A stretch of DNA of 64,000 nt, taken from Curvularia clavata (lineage: Eukaryota). The DNA is taken from NCBI GenBank assembly GCA_023920165.1, contig CP089274.1:5518001-5582000 (forward strand), written 5' to 3'. A program made the translations under genes and the position numbers. The first letter of the stretch is position 1. The number at the start of each line of letters is the position of its first letter. A model generated the notes under the pieces. The model had not been told where the DNA came from. It saw only the letters and a program-made list of their open reading frames with translations, and searched no databases. Shown in pieces: positions 49,001 to 62,656 of the stretch.

Positions 49001-49268
49001 ACATGGAGATGGTGGAGAAGCGCTGGATCCACGAGGGCCGTCGTGCTGGCGGGTATCTGGTCGTGTCGATTTCGGATACTGAGTGGTCGCTGGGCGCATA
49101 GCTGGCTATACCGGCCGACAATGGCGGCGCCATCACGTCGTCGCTCGTCATCCTCCTGGCGAACTGTCTCTGAGGGGGCGCATTCTGGCTGGGTCGGGTC
49201 GCAAGCGGTGCATGTTGCGAGGAAGAGGCGACAGGCGCGGTCGCGGTCGCGGGCAGGACAGCAGGCAT
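46050..49268 (-). CDS. Large low-complexity Ser/Pro-rich hypothetical protein (~1072 aa)
   Basis: Uninterrupted ORF over 3.2 kb; first ATG 49268. Structured-looking islands 'FGTWGVGSKGVTEDWNDDFDF' and 'NIGLLREWGLLIEELK'. Function unknown and start uncertain. Confidence 0.85.
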   Translation of the reverse strand: MPAVLPATATAPVASSSQHAPLATRPSQNAPPQRQFARRMTSDDVMAPPLSAGIASYAPSDHSVSEIDTTRYPPARRPSWIQRFSTISMSSSRPTSPAPLSPAVSCSNGSMAFSQDGSTAPVFGRPSTSSTSRNRLVKRSSSVRAPGQAPPQGAATLRPSFRRPATSHQRAAALYAHQARNDDARSQRTVDESATRESVYSPSPSPDCQFEYTQYFTAKITRERTVTKKKGSTTLRGSFKRILPDDKHLPTLVLARSVTAATPELDDSSSDDSDSIFSVSRPETPFSIAAFATKESTHTGSRPSTDEADDATRTKRFSFTDFLSLSKKHLTAAGASRPTLSRRASQRVYSAPVLRTMNRRPHSTSYGEADRHVTEPALAAARRAIATSAGPTDVGSAHNGLQGGSWATPSPTLAARRVSAGTLPVEGLASMPQHLEGPSAALGANQAPPSPTLAQSGVRVSRHSMAPSEQASTLVGSSDNELRGLGFGDDDDADVHSETCFDSLRTGATRSTSGGARGPRIETIFDESPPSKVKVTALRDLLPPGSLGDHTIHGAAGHQSIAEEEENTTTPVRTVRPDRSSQESPSCGRTRGAPLFSNTVSSTSSSMPKPLSLGTLEWDSRPGNNDDDDDSSRWSLEEADPEDPWIDPPTTNHSTSTVSHFALNAHRLPPGLASKPTTPHHLTTEFGDRDTRSSIFDWSEQQLADKNSGNCTPPRPRTVHGKKDADRRGSRSVGRRVSSGLHARSQSVPVVPDLTGKRNTVVTNKFGTWGVGSKGVTEDWNDDFDFTELNGETIEEGDASPRVDSGTSMVVPKSIQEQQNNVLANIGLLREWGLLIEELKEHRTRAVALGIIDGPHSSTWEEVDAMIDLADQEAGHQDVAHVTPPSTPGFDDDGFEEPTPSPSHGRGRNKSETPEQEVRKSPMPSPHPRKSILPPNDDIFAPQSSPAPPQSLFDTNHVNHDIKAALTRPRKDSEAKARSVIEALQKRRSVHEPLLDTPPTPSSKKVPFDTATLRRIVPYVSSLTRKVKETIRDAEGLYSSPLASPMNEETQRDKMFQADADLAAQMKLMTVM

Positions 49269-51711
49269 GGCGCTGTCGGGCACTCGGGGTGCTGGTGCGG
49301 CCTTTTTGGTGTTGGGGTCGATGCGAGTCTCCCGTCCAAACGACAGACCGACGGCGGATGCACCAACGACAGTGGCAGTGGCACACAGCTATATTACACA
49401 AATGCATCAGTCATGGCGCCTAGTGCAGAATGGCTATGCAGGCAGCGAGGGGAAAAGGGACGACAAGAGGGCAGCTGCGCGCTCCCGAGCAGCGAGGTCA
49501 GCGGTCCAGAGCCATATATCAAAACAAAACAAGTGCCATTGCAGCACCGTGTATCGTCGGTATACAGCGACCATGGGACGGGACAGGTACAGGCAGGGTG
49601 GTATTTACCGATGGAACAGTTTTCATTCTCGCAAAGAACAGGGCCGCCGGGGATAAGTCACTCGTCGAGGCGCCTGTGACGACAAGTCGAGCATTATGGC
49701 ATGTCAAGGAGCCTGGAGACGACGAATCGCGAGCAGCACTCTGCGGACACGAAATGGGCGAAGGCGGTCCCAGCAGAGGAAGCGGGAAGTGGGCGGCACT
49801 ACAGCTGCGAGGGCAAAGAAGGAACGGCACAAGCACCACGACGGGCTGAAGCAGAGAGGTGGAGCTCGACGAGGAGCGGACGGAAGACTGAAGAAATCCA
49901 GTGCTCGTTGCTTCTGCTGCTGGGATCTACGTACAGGGCTACCCGGTTTACATTGGGATTAGCGAGAAGCCGCCGGCGAGGGCTGATAGCGGCATGTCGA
50001 AACATAACACGGAGGCCACACAGACCTCATGCCTCACTCTGCACCGTCATAGCTCCATGCCTGGCCAGACGCGCATCCGTTGCTGGCCACTGCGTGCGTG
50101 CGACAACCGTCCCCCAGACCCAGAGCCGCCTTTGCTGCGTGCTCGCCCACAACAAGGGGAGACGCCCCATGAAGGCGTAGGGAGGCTGCTGTGGTGCCCA
50201 GTACCACCACGTTGCGTGCAGCTGCAGTAAACGACGCCTAGCGCTGCGTAGTATGCAGTAGCAATCAGGGACATAAGCAGACCGGTTCAAGGTACCCCTC
50301 GCCGTAAACAGCTACCCAAATATAGTGTACCAGAGAGCCATCCTGGACGGGCCTGATGACAGCCGGTGATTGGCAGCCGCCGATTGAACTGCGTGGAGAT
50401 ACCCCTGCAGGCCTAGTGGAGATGTTTGCTGATCGGGGCCTACTCCAGTGTCAACCGGCTTTGCTGGTAGACGATGGCGGTAGCGAGCCCATCTGATCTG
50501 GCCTAGCACACGCAGCCACCGAAGCCTCTGCATCTACAAGTACCTTGGCGGCCTTTTCGACACCATGGAGCGGCACCAGAGCCTTGGGGAGATGCAAGCT
50601 CCGATGCACGCCGAAGGAGAAGCGGTTGTATTTGTGTGGGGAGCGAAGCATATCCAAGCAAGGCGGTGGGTAATGCAGAAAGCGGCTGCTAATTCGCGCA
50701 TCCAATTGCACCCAGGGCCAGGCTCTCGCTGTCGACATCCCTGATGGCCGAAACACAGAGCACGTCAGCCCCAGAGCGGAGAAGGCGACTACGAGAGCGG
50801 GAACATGGGACGACGATTATCATCCAGACGGGACGAAGAGGCGCAGCCACCAAATAGTGTCCTAAGGGTTCCGTTGGCATTGGGTAACGTGCGCGCTGCG
50901 TCATATCTACCGTATCTAGATGGTAGCATGTCCACATCCGTGGTTTCTGTACCCTCAAGTCCAATAGACCGTCCACGACCTGCGTGTGTGCCGTGGCCAA
51001 GGCAGCGTGCCGACGGACCCTGCGAGGCTAGACAGCTGGCAAGCATGGCTGGGGAATGCTGGAATGCTGGGCGAAGAGGTCGTTATACGCAAGATCAGAT
51101 CAGAGGCCATTGTGTCTCGTGTGTGTCTCGTGCTGGACACGATGGTTATGCTAGACACGGCCATACATCTAGGTGGTTAGGTGGCTGGCTGGTGAGAGGC
51201 GGCTTCGGTGCCTGCTGCTTGCTGCACTCTGTCGGGTCAAGGCGACTGCAATGCGTCTTCTCGGTGGAGACGTATCTAAATGCAAGTATCCGGAACAATC
51301 CTGGGAGCACATCGCTGCGTGAAGCATGTCGAGAGCCGTAGTGCAGATCTGCTTGTTGCGAATCCATAGACGCATCCGTATCCGCATTCCGCTGCTGCAA
51401 GAGATAGCATGTGTTATCATGTCGCGTCTGATTGGTTGCCGCCCCTCCGCCATGGACGAATCCACATTCGGCTGCCCACGTCAAAATGTTCTTTGCTCGA
51501 GAGAACATGCCGTAGCACCGCAAATAAGCACAAAAACGCCTGCTGCCCCGCTATTCCGCCGACTATCCTGGAGAGAGTACAGTAATCCTCGCTACCAGAG
51601 TCGTGTGTTCCTGCGTGCTGCCATCCCACCAACAACGCCACCGTCCCCCATTGATTGCCGGCGACATTGACCTTGTGGGACACCCATCTCGCATCCATCT
51701 CATCGACGACA

Positions 51712-54085
51712 ATGGAGTCGGAAATCCGCACTCAGATTCCCAACATTGATCCCGTTCTGTCAGAGTATTCGGCGGGCTACCTGACGCATGCGGCTAACCA
51801 GTTCACCTCTGATTCGGACCCCAATGCCCCTTCACCGCTCGATGAAGCCGCCGCCACTGTGAGCGCACTGCTCTTATCGGCGTCTGGCGACGTCTCGACC
51901 CAGAACCAGGCGGCCATCCAGAACCTTGTTGACAAATTCGTCTCTCGCCTGAGCTCAGCCAATGGTGCCGATGGAGAGCGTCGCCAGATGGCGCCTTCTG
52001 CCAAGAAACTCGATCAGGCTATCCACGTGGGGTCATCGAAGAACATGTCCTCTACCATGGGCCTGGCTGGTGGCGCTGTGGATCTCGAATCTGCCAACAC
52101 TCGCAAAGTCGAGTCCAGGGTCGACCGCAAGAAGCTTGAGAAAGCCGAACGCAAACTGCGTGCCAAGCAGGATCGCAAAGAGTTCAAGAATGTTGAATAC
52201 GAGGCCTCGAGGCTTCTTCACGAGCCCAATGAGACTCAAAGCTACGAGGAGTTCTACATGGCCGTCAACCCGCTGCAACTGGGTGACTCTGCCAACAAGA
52301 GCAAAGACATCAAGATTGACAGCTTTGATCTTTCCATGCCTGGCCTACGTATCCTGACTGATAGTTCTTTGACGCTTGCATACGGCCGAAGATACGGTCT
52401 GGTTGGTCAGAACGGTATTGGTAAATCGACATTGCTGAGGGCCCTTTCTCGTCGTGAGGTGCCTATCCCAACGCACATTTCGATTCTCCACGTAGAACAA
52501 GAGGTCAGGACCAACCAGTTGCTCCCGCGACTACTCTAGGGCTAGCTTGCTGACTTTCTATACAGATTACTGGTGATGACACACCAGCACTGCAGGCTGT
52601 TTTGGATGCCGACGTATGGCGAAAGCATCTTCTTAGAGAGCAAGACGTACGTGATTGCTAGCCTCAACCTCGTGGACAAGGTATGCTAACGATTGATAGA
52701 AAATCTCCAAGGAACTTTCAGAGATTGAGGCAGAGCGTTCCACTCTGGCAGATACCTCTGCTGATGCTGAGAGGCTAGATAAGCAGCGTGAGGGTCTTGA
52801 CACTACCCTCAGCGACATCCACGCCAAGCTTGCAGAGATGGAGTCAGACAAGGCGGAATCAAGAGCCGCCAGTATTCTTGCTGGTCTTGGTTTCTCGCAG
52901 GAACGACAGCAATTTGCCACAAAGACCTTCTCCGGAGGATGGAGGATGCGATTGGCATTGGCGCGTGCGCTCTTCTGTGAACCCGATTTGCTGCTACTCG
53001 ACGAGCCGTCCAACATGTTGGACGTTCCCTCGATTACCTTCTTGGCAAACTATCTGCAGGGCTACCCAAGCACTGTCCTTGTTGTATCTCACGATCGAGC
53101 GTTCCTCAACGAAGTCGCCACGGACATCATTCACCAGCACTCCGAGCGTCTGGACTACTACAAGGGCGGTAACTTTGATTCGTTCTATGCCACTAAAGAG
53201 GAGCGCCGCAAGACGGCGGCACGAGAGTACGAGAAGCAAATGGCAGAGCGGGCGCATCTGCAGGCTTTCATTGACAAGTTCCGGTATAACGCGGCAAAGT
53301 CTTCGGAAGCGCAGTCGAGGATCAAGAAGTTGGAGAGGATGCCTGTCTTGACACCTCCAGAAGCCGAGTACTCTGTTCACTTCAAATTCCCCGAGGTGGA
53401 GAAGTTGTCGCCTCCGATTATTCAGATGAGCGGAGTGACGTTTGGATACTCGCCCGACAAGATTTTGTTGAAGAATGTAGATCTGGACGTGCAGCTCGAC
53501 TCGCGTATTGGCATCGTTGGCCCTAACGGTGCGGGTAAGACGACAGCATTGAAGCTGCTGATTGGCGCACTCCAGCCAACCACGGGTATCATTTCACAGA
53601 ATCCGCGACTACGCGTGGGTTTCTTTGCACAGCATCACGTCGACGCGTTGGATCTCAACGACAGCGCCGTTGGGTTCATGTCGAAGAAGTACCATGGCAA
53701 GGCTGACGAAGAGTACCGTCGCCATCTCGGTGCCTTTGGCATCACGGGTATGACGGGCTTGCAGAAGATGGCACTGCTATCCGGAGGACAGAAGTCGCGT
53801 GTCGCGTTTGCGTGCCTGGCCCTGCAGAATCCGCATATTCTGGTGCTCGACGAACCGTCCAACCACTTGGACATTGAAGCCATGGACGCGCTTTCGGATG
53901 CATTGAAGAACTTCCAGGGTGGTGTGCTCATGGTCAGCCACGACGTGACGATGCTCCAGAACGTGTGCACAAGCTTGTGGGTGTGTGATAACGGAACAAT
54001 TGAGCACTTTGACGGCACCGTCAAGGACTACAAGCGGCGGATCACAGCTCAAGCAAACGAGGTGGGTGTCGTAGCCAAACATTAG
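51712..54085 (+). CDS. GCN20: ABC-F protein Gcn20/ABCF3 (activator of Gcn2)
   Basis: Exons 51712-52503, 52566-52646, 52700-54085. Two ABC cassettes (GQNGIGKST / FSGGWRMR / LLLDEPSN and GPNGAGKTT / LSGGQKSR / LVLDEPSN), no transmembrane segments, Gcn20-type N-terminus. Confidence 0.95.
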
Positions 54086-54566
54086 AACTAGCTGTGAGAG
54101 GTGCAACACGGCAGACGGATGCAACAACAAGGCTTGCTGGCATTGAGCCCAGCAGTAGCGTAGTAGAAGGCTTCTGCAGCGTCCACAAACATGTGATGAA
54201 GTGCCTCTTTGGTGTTGTGATATCCTATGGGACGGCTTCTGTCCTCTGGTTGGGGCGAGGCTGGCGGGCGCGCTAAACCCAAAGGAGACGCCACCTGAAC
54301 TGACTACCCAGACCTCCGCGTCCAACATCGACGGCCGCTCGTCCCTCGCTCCACCTCTGCCAACCAGCACGACCCAAGCAGACACATTCACTCGCCCTCT
54401 GCCCCTTTCGCTCCCCGAGCCCGTCCACTGTCCGCACCCTCATGCGCGCTGCTGTCCCGCGCTTCATTCCACCGTGCGCTGCCGTTTAATTGACAGCGCC
54501 TATTAGCGCGCTTGCCCCTTCGCACTCCATCGCCTTGCCGTCCGATACACACGAGCTACCGGCACC

Positions 54567-56176
54567 TTGTCTCGCACGCAGGCTCCCAGCACAGACGGCT
54601 TGTCCGTAGTCACTCCTTTGCCTCCGACTTGCAGTCAGCGCTCCGCGTCTCCCTCACCGTGTACCGTCACTGCTCCCGCCCAAAGCAATCCACTATCGGC
54701 CACAGTTGGCGAATCACCGTATCCCCCTCCCTTCTCCTCCCTCTACTTCCCGCCCGACGACGCCGAGGAGAGTGACAAGTCCCAAGAATCCTCAGACGAC
54801 GATTCGCCGCCTGCATTCACTTCTGCGCCCGCCTTCACCGAGTCGTCGTCTTCGGCTGCCGCTGTAGCTGCTACCAAGGCCGCTCTTCCACACGACACCA
54901 AGGACGGCTCTAGCAGCAAGGACATTGACGACGGAGAACCGCCGCCACCCTACAGCGAAGGATCCAGTCCGCTCGAGTCCTTTACCTACGTCATGGCATC
55001 TGCAGGAGGTCCCGCGAGTATCATCACTCAAGTCTCGCAAACAAGTGCTGGGCCGCCAATTAACACGCTCGGCGCATCTGATGAGAATATTACTTTGGAG
55101 CTGAGGTGCATACCTATCTCCATCTAAAATTATTCAGAAACTGACATGGTTCCTAGGGGCACGCGATTCACTTTGTCTCGGGATGAGCTTCTGACTCTCC
55201 CTGAATTCGTCCTCCTCTCCCTCTTTCCCAATGGTCTGCTTCCCGATGGCCACATGAACTCTTATCACGAAGGGGACGTATACCCAGTCGACGTTGGTAA
55301 TCCCGTTTCTTCTTCTCCATCCCCTTCCTCCCCCTCGCTTCATCGGCCACAGTTCCCAGGATTCTCAAACATCTCCACACCCCTTCATTATACTTATCTG
55401 ACAATGTCTATTTTTCACAGTATGATCCAAACTCTTTGCAGTACATGCTGGAGTTCTTCCGCAATGTAGCTCAGACTATCCCGTCATCACCCTCCCCGAC
55501 GACGAGCCCAGAGCACACTGCCGAAGCAGTGCCCATCGAGCCCATGCACGGCTCTGCAAGAGACATGCTGCAGGACCGCGCTGGTATAATTGTTCTTCGT
55601 GAGGACCTCGACTTTTATGCCATTCCACCTCACCGAGATATCACCCAGCCGGAGATGATTGAGGTCAAGCGAGCTGCGGGCGAAGCGTTGTTACGGCAAG
55701 ACGGTATTTTCTCTGGACTGAGGAAGAGCGAGGAGCCGGGCACGACTGAGCAGCACCTTATTGAGATGTTGACTGCAGGGTGAGCACACTCTTGTGATGA
55801 TTACTGTCGTTTGCTAATGAGAAGTAGTGGTTTCAACCACGATGATCGATGGGGCCATCGTGCCGGTGAGCCCAACAAAGCCGTCATCTGCAGTATCGCT
55901 CTTGCGCGCTTGAGGACAGACATCAAGGGCAATGAGTATGCTAACAGCAACGCCGTCGGCATGGCGCAGAAGCTGCTCCTTTTCTGGAGGAAACCAGCTC
56001 GTCGCTGCTGGTGGGAGGGAGTGGAGCTTGAGAACGTTCGAGGCGTCGAGGGCAAGCTCAAGGTATGGATAAGGAGGGTCTGGACGCTGGAAATGGTACG
56101 TTTTTGCCTTTGATTGTGAGGATCTTGGATGGAATATGCTAACATCGGACCGCAGAGCGTCATTGGCCTTCGTTGA
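54567..56176 (+). CDS. WHI2: Whi2-like BTB/POZ phosphatase activator; first in-frame ATG at 54993, proposed upstream TTG start at 54567
   Basis: Introns 55106-55156, 55293-55420, 55780-55827, 56096-56155. Motifs 'LRGTRFTLSRDELLTLPEFVLLSLFPNGL', 'IIVLREDLDFY', 'EQHLIEML', 'QKLLLFWRKPARRCWW', 'RRVWTLEMSVIGLR*'. The start codon is uncertain. Confidence 0.9.
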
Positions 56177-58627
56177 AATGCCTTGGGTGTGTTGTTTGCG
56201 ACTCTAATCATTGGCGGTGTTTTTCTCTCTTCTTGCATGATGTGTCTCACTCTCAGCCATCGTTGCATGCTGACGGGAAAAGAACATCGGCTCTAGCTCC
56301 CTTGCCATCGTTGTTTCCCTAGTGTTCGTTTTGATACCTCTCTCTATATATTGGCCCCCTCCCCCAATTATCCGCCCCCTACTGGTCTGTGTAGGGCAGC
56401 GAACTTGTTGTCGCCCATCATCACCACCACCACCCCTTTTTTTCTCTCTCTCCCATAGCAAGCGTTTTGGCATCATAGGGTCTTTTCTTCCTGTTTTATT
56501 TACCTTGCGAAAATAATCTATGGACACCCAGGCACAAACACAGACACAGAGTCGTACATGTACGGTAGATATATGTATGCGTCTTTGTATATTGTCCTTG
56601 GCTTGCTGTTTGTTCGTTCCTTGCCCTTGGTACTATTGAAAGCGGGAGAAGAAGAAAAAAAATACATTTGTGCAGAGGGTGATGCGGATAGGTAGGCAAG
56701 TAAATTTTAATAATATTCTTTCTCCTAACAGCTACTTTTCTAGCTGCATGTGTGCGTGCATGACACACCCCTTGTTCTTGTGCCAGGTTTGTCGGGTCGT
56801 GTCAGTGTCATGCTGTAGAAGTTTCTTTTTCGCTTTCAGGTGTGCCAATGTCAAAATCTGCATGCATGTATGTATCTGTCTGTGCGTGGGTACATGCGTT
56901 TACGGGAATGGAAAGACAGGCATGGAGGAAAGTTTGACATGGGAATGTTGACATGGGTAGTTTTAAACGTGTGGCTGGGAAGGTTGTACGAGGCGCAAGA
57001 AAAGAAACGCGTGGGCTTTGTTTCACGTTTGCTTCTTTTTCGGTTGTGGCGTTTTTAAGTTTGTGTTTTCGTTCGCGTGGATGGAGGACTGGGGTAGGAT
57101 GGAAGGAAGAAGGAGATGGGGAGAGGCGGTGTGAGGTCACGTATACAGTAGTGTCTTGTTTGAGTGGAAGGGGACATTGGGATTCTGTTTCACTAGCGAA
57201 AAGAAGAACATAAATTAGTTGGGAATAGTCGTTTGTGTTATATATCGTGATATCTCGCATTTGTTTCATCATGCCGTTCTTAGCAGATCCGTAGAGAGAG
57301 TTGTGTGGGTAAGCTGTATATTAAAGAGTGGCAGGTGATAATCCGATGCGTGATCTAACATGAGTAGGTACAACATGTTTTTTGTGGGAATTGAGTCTAT
57401 TTCCCTCGTGATATGAATATTTTACTTTATAAGACATATAGAGGAAGATCGCCCTCTCATCTCAATGAACAGGTATCATGACGACAACGACACCTTCCTT
57501 TTTGAAAGTCAAACTGCGAAGTCACCACATGCCAAGGGAACGTACTCACATCACTCAACCACCCCAATTAACCAAATAGCAAAGAGGAAAAAAAAACTAC
57601 ATCGAAAACAACACAGCAACACGTGGTATCCGCTGCACGAAAATCGCCTCTGGGACTGCATACACTACTGTTACCCCAACCGAGAAAAGCAAAGCAAAGG
57701 AATAGGCAAAAGTAACGCTTCTGGTAATTAGCTGTCTTTCTATATATATAGAAATACTAAGACAGATGCATATAGCACAGCAGAATTGTGTAACCTATTA
57801 TACACATGCAACGTACATGTGCACGGCATGCATATTTGTATTCAGAGTGGAGAAAACATACGCTTACGTGCATGTATATGTACGCATGTAAGATTATATG
57901 TGTATGCATGTCAATATGTAGGTACGTGGGTATATGTGTAACAGTAGTAGTGATAGCAAAGAAACCATACTAGAACGAACCTGCGATATTTCCCTACATA
58001 CCAGGAAAGAAAGAAGCGTGTATAAAAAGCATGTAAATAGGCATGTGTTTGGTTGATTTAAGATTCTCTTCTATTGTTTCATTCTCAGCAATAAAGCGCG
58101 AAAGAAGGGCGTTGTAAGAGAGGAATACTACTACAAATGACATATGTAAGTAGGTGCCTGTAAACACGGCTATGGAACGATATTTCAACAAGGGTTGCCA
58201 TTGTACAGGTATCACACACCCAAGGTTGTCAGAAACGGGCCTGTGCAAGTTATTGAACACATATCAAATACACATACATTGGAAAACTTCACATGTGACA
58301 GCACTTTGGATAAACACGATAATAGCCAGAGGCGGGCATGGAGACCCGTCATTACTCTGCATTGTTCAGTCTGCTTTTATACCAGCAGATCTGTGACTAA
58401 TCCTATGCTGCGTGTAGAACCGCAGTCTATTGCACTCTTACATTGGGTATCATCCTCATCCTGACCATGGTTGAAGGGTCAAGTAGATGATATGCAAAAC
58501 AACGCCTTTTGAACAACCGGACCCCGTCGAGCCCCAGGCTCGCTATGCCGTTGAAGACAGAAACTTTTTTTCGAAGTGGTATCATAACGTCGTGTTGAAA
58601 CTTCCCAAACATGGAACAGTAAGAAAT

Positions 58628-60158
<1,531 letters not shown>

Positions 60159-60586
60159 CTAACACCTGTTGACGCTAGTGGACCCTTGGACTAAGCCCCA
60201 TATCGGCACTTTAACTGGCCCAAAACACGTCGTCGACCCCTCCAACGCAAAAGAGTCGGGCACTTTTTCCAACCGCCTGAGTGGGCGACGACACGAATCG
60301 TACTTGTCCTGTCTATCCATGGAAAAAAAATTGCCGGACACACGCCGACTGTACACCGCACCACACATACACGCAAACGCGATGCTTTTGGTTGTGGGGT
60401 CATGGAACAGCATCCACCTTGTTGAGCAGCCCACACCGCGCCGTCTTCTCGAGACTAATGCAGTAAGCCTCTGGAATTGTCACCGAAAGCCACCGAGACT
60501 AGAGTGTCCAAATTGGTAGGGAACCCATAATTATTTTCAGACCTTTCGCTATTATACCTACAAATACAACTAGCCACTCGATTCGC

Positions 60587-62059
60587 TCACGTGTAGTGAG
60601 GCACCTGTCCCTTGTCCCCCTCAGGTCCGGCCGCCAGTGGCGACACGCCGTTGCTGATCTTCTTACCAGGCATCTTGAAGTGCGGCTTCAGCGGCTCCCA
60701 ACTCTCTGCATTGTACCCTTCCTGAATCTTTTGACACGTTTTGAGGCCCCAGTCGGTTACGCCAATCATGAGACAGCTCTCGAACATGAAGGCCATGCTG
60801 CCCTCGCCCACTTTGCTGGGTTTCAAGTCGACATTGGATGCCTTTTCGTGAGTCGCAGCATCAGGACCATGGCCTGACATGACATTGTGCAGAGACGCAC
60901 CCGCCGGCTGGAAACCTCCACCAGTCTTTGCATCGTACTGGCCACCAATAAGGCCCATAAACTCAGACATGGTGTTGCGGTGGTACCACGGCGGCCGGAA
61001 CGTATCTTCAGCGACCAACCACCGAGGCGGGAAGATGACAAAGTCAGCTACCGCAGTTCCTGCGTGGTCCGACGGTGCAGTAAGAACTGTAAAGATGGAC
61101 GGATCTGGGTGATCGAACGAAATGCTCCCTATCGTGTTGAACCGCCCCAGATCGTACTTGTATGGATAGTAGAGGCCATGCCATGCCACTACATCAAACG
61201 GCGTGTGCCTCTGCTTTGCAGCATAGAGGTGGCCAGCAAACTTTGCAAGAATCTGCCACTCGGTTTCCGTGTCTTCATCAAAGTCGGCCACCGGCGCTTG
61301 GAAATCTCGCGCGTTGGCAAGACAATTGGAGCCAATGGGCCCAAGCTCAGGTAGTGTAAAGTGGCCCTGATATAGTTCTAGGATGTAGCCTCGCACAGGA
61401 CCATCAGGGAGCGTAACTCGGTAGCGAATGCCACGCGGGATTACGCAGATCTCGTTGGGGCGTACGATGAGACGGCCCAGCTCAGTCTGTATATCAAGCA
61501 CACCATGCTGTGCGACAATCAGGAAATCGCCGTCAGCCGAGTAAAAGGCCTCATTTGGCGCCATGTCCTTGCCTGCAGCATAGATAAAATATCCAACCCC
61601 AGACTTCATGGTAGGGTCACCAGCACCAGCCACAAGGTGTAGCGAGTGCACCCAGTCTACCGTCTCGTCGAGATCAAAGGGATCCCATCGAAGCTGGTTT
61701 GGGATGTAGTGTATCCGTTCCCATGGCTTGTTCTCAGGATTGGTGTTGTACGTCTTGGATTCACGGGGCTCAAAGTTGCTGTGGCCGCACGAGGGCAAGA
61801 TGCGGTAGAGCCATGATTGCTGGTTCTCGTGTCTGGGAGCTGTGAAAGCGGTGCCCGAGAGCTTCTCCGCGTACAGGCCATGCGGAGGTTTCTGTGGGGA
61901 GTTTGCGCCAATGGGGAGTGCGCCCTCTACTGCCTCTGTCCTATGATGGCATTAGTATCTGCCGAGCGGATGCAACGCTGGGGACCCGTACTCGTGGTAT
62001 GAGCCGAAACCATTCTGGTAGCGATACTTCTCTTTAAAAGAGAATTGTGTAGACGGCAT
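60587..62059 (-). CDS. hmgA: Homogentisate 1,2-dioxygenase
   Basis: Exon 1 62059-61992, intron 61991-61941, exon 2 61940-60587. Motifs '[16 protein letters not shown]', '[13 protein letters not shown]', '[19 protein letters not shown]'. Confidence 0.98.
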
Positions 62060-62656
62060 CCTGACAGTGTGTACGATGAATCAATTCAGTACGATGCTTT
62101 TGTCCAAAAAAAAGGTAGAATATGGTGTATCAGCTTAGCGGCGCACTATGGGCGTCTTGAGTCTATGTATGGCAATGAATGCGCGAAAGTGGTGAGGGCA
62201 CATCAGGCGACAGCTCGGCCATATGTTTGCTTCATGGCGCGGTAAAGAACGGCTTGCAGTTCCGTCGAGCATCGCGTCACCAGAGCACAGCGGATGGAGC
62301 GTTCATGTCGGCTTACCCCACTGGCGGGGGAGAAACAAGGGTCACCCGAAGGCAAATGACGGAACCTTTCCGAGCCTGCCCTCCCGCCTCCATCCCAATT
62401 CCGTCACCAGCCGCCAGCCCATGTACTCACTGAAGCCACGGCAACAAAAACAACAGGGCCATTGCGGGGCCGATACTTTGTGACTGGCAACGTGCTTTGT
62501 TATCCTTGCTGGTCTTGGCATGGGTATTCAGACTCCCAGCACTTCAAGGCTCCAACGCCCTGCTATACTGTCTTTCCGGTAGGTAGTCAGCGTTGTGTCA
62601 AACTTCATTTGTCTCTCTCATTACTGCCATCTCTGGTAGAAACAACACGTCAGGCC

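Noticed and set aside
62462..62656. Open in-frame extension upstream of the fahA ATG
   Set aside because: Cys/Trp-rich, non-protein-like sequence. The ATG at 62657 has strong context (GCC-ATG-G) and gives the expected FahA N-terminus.
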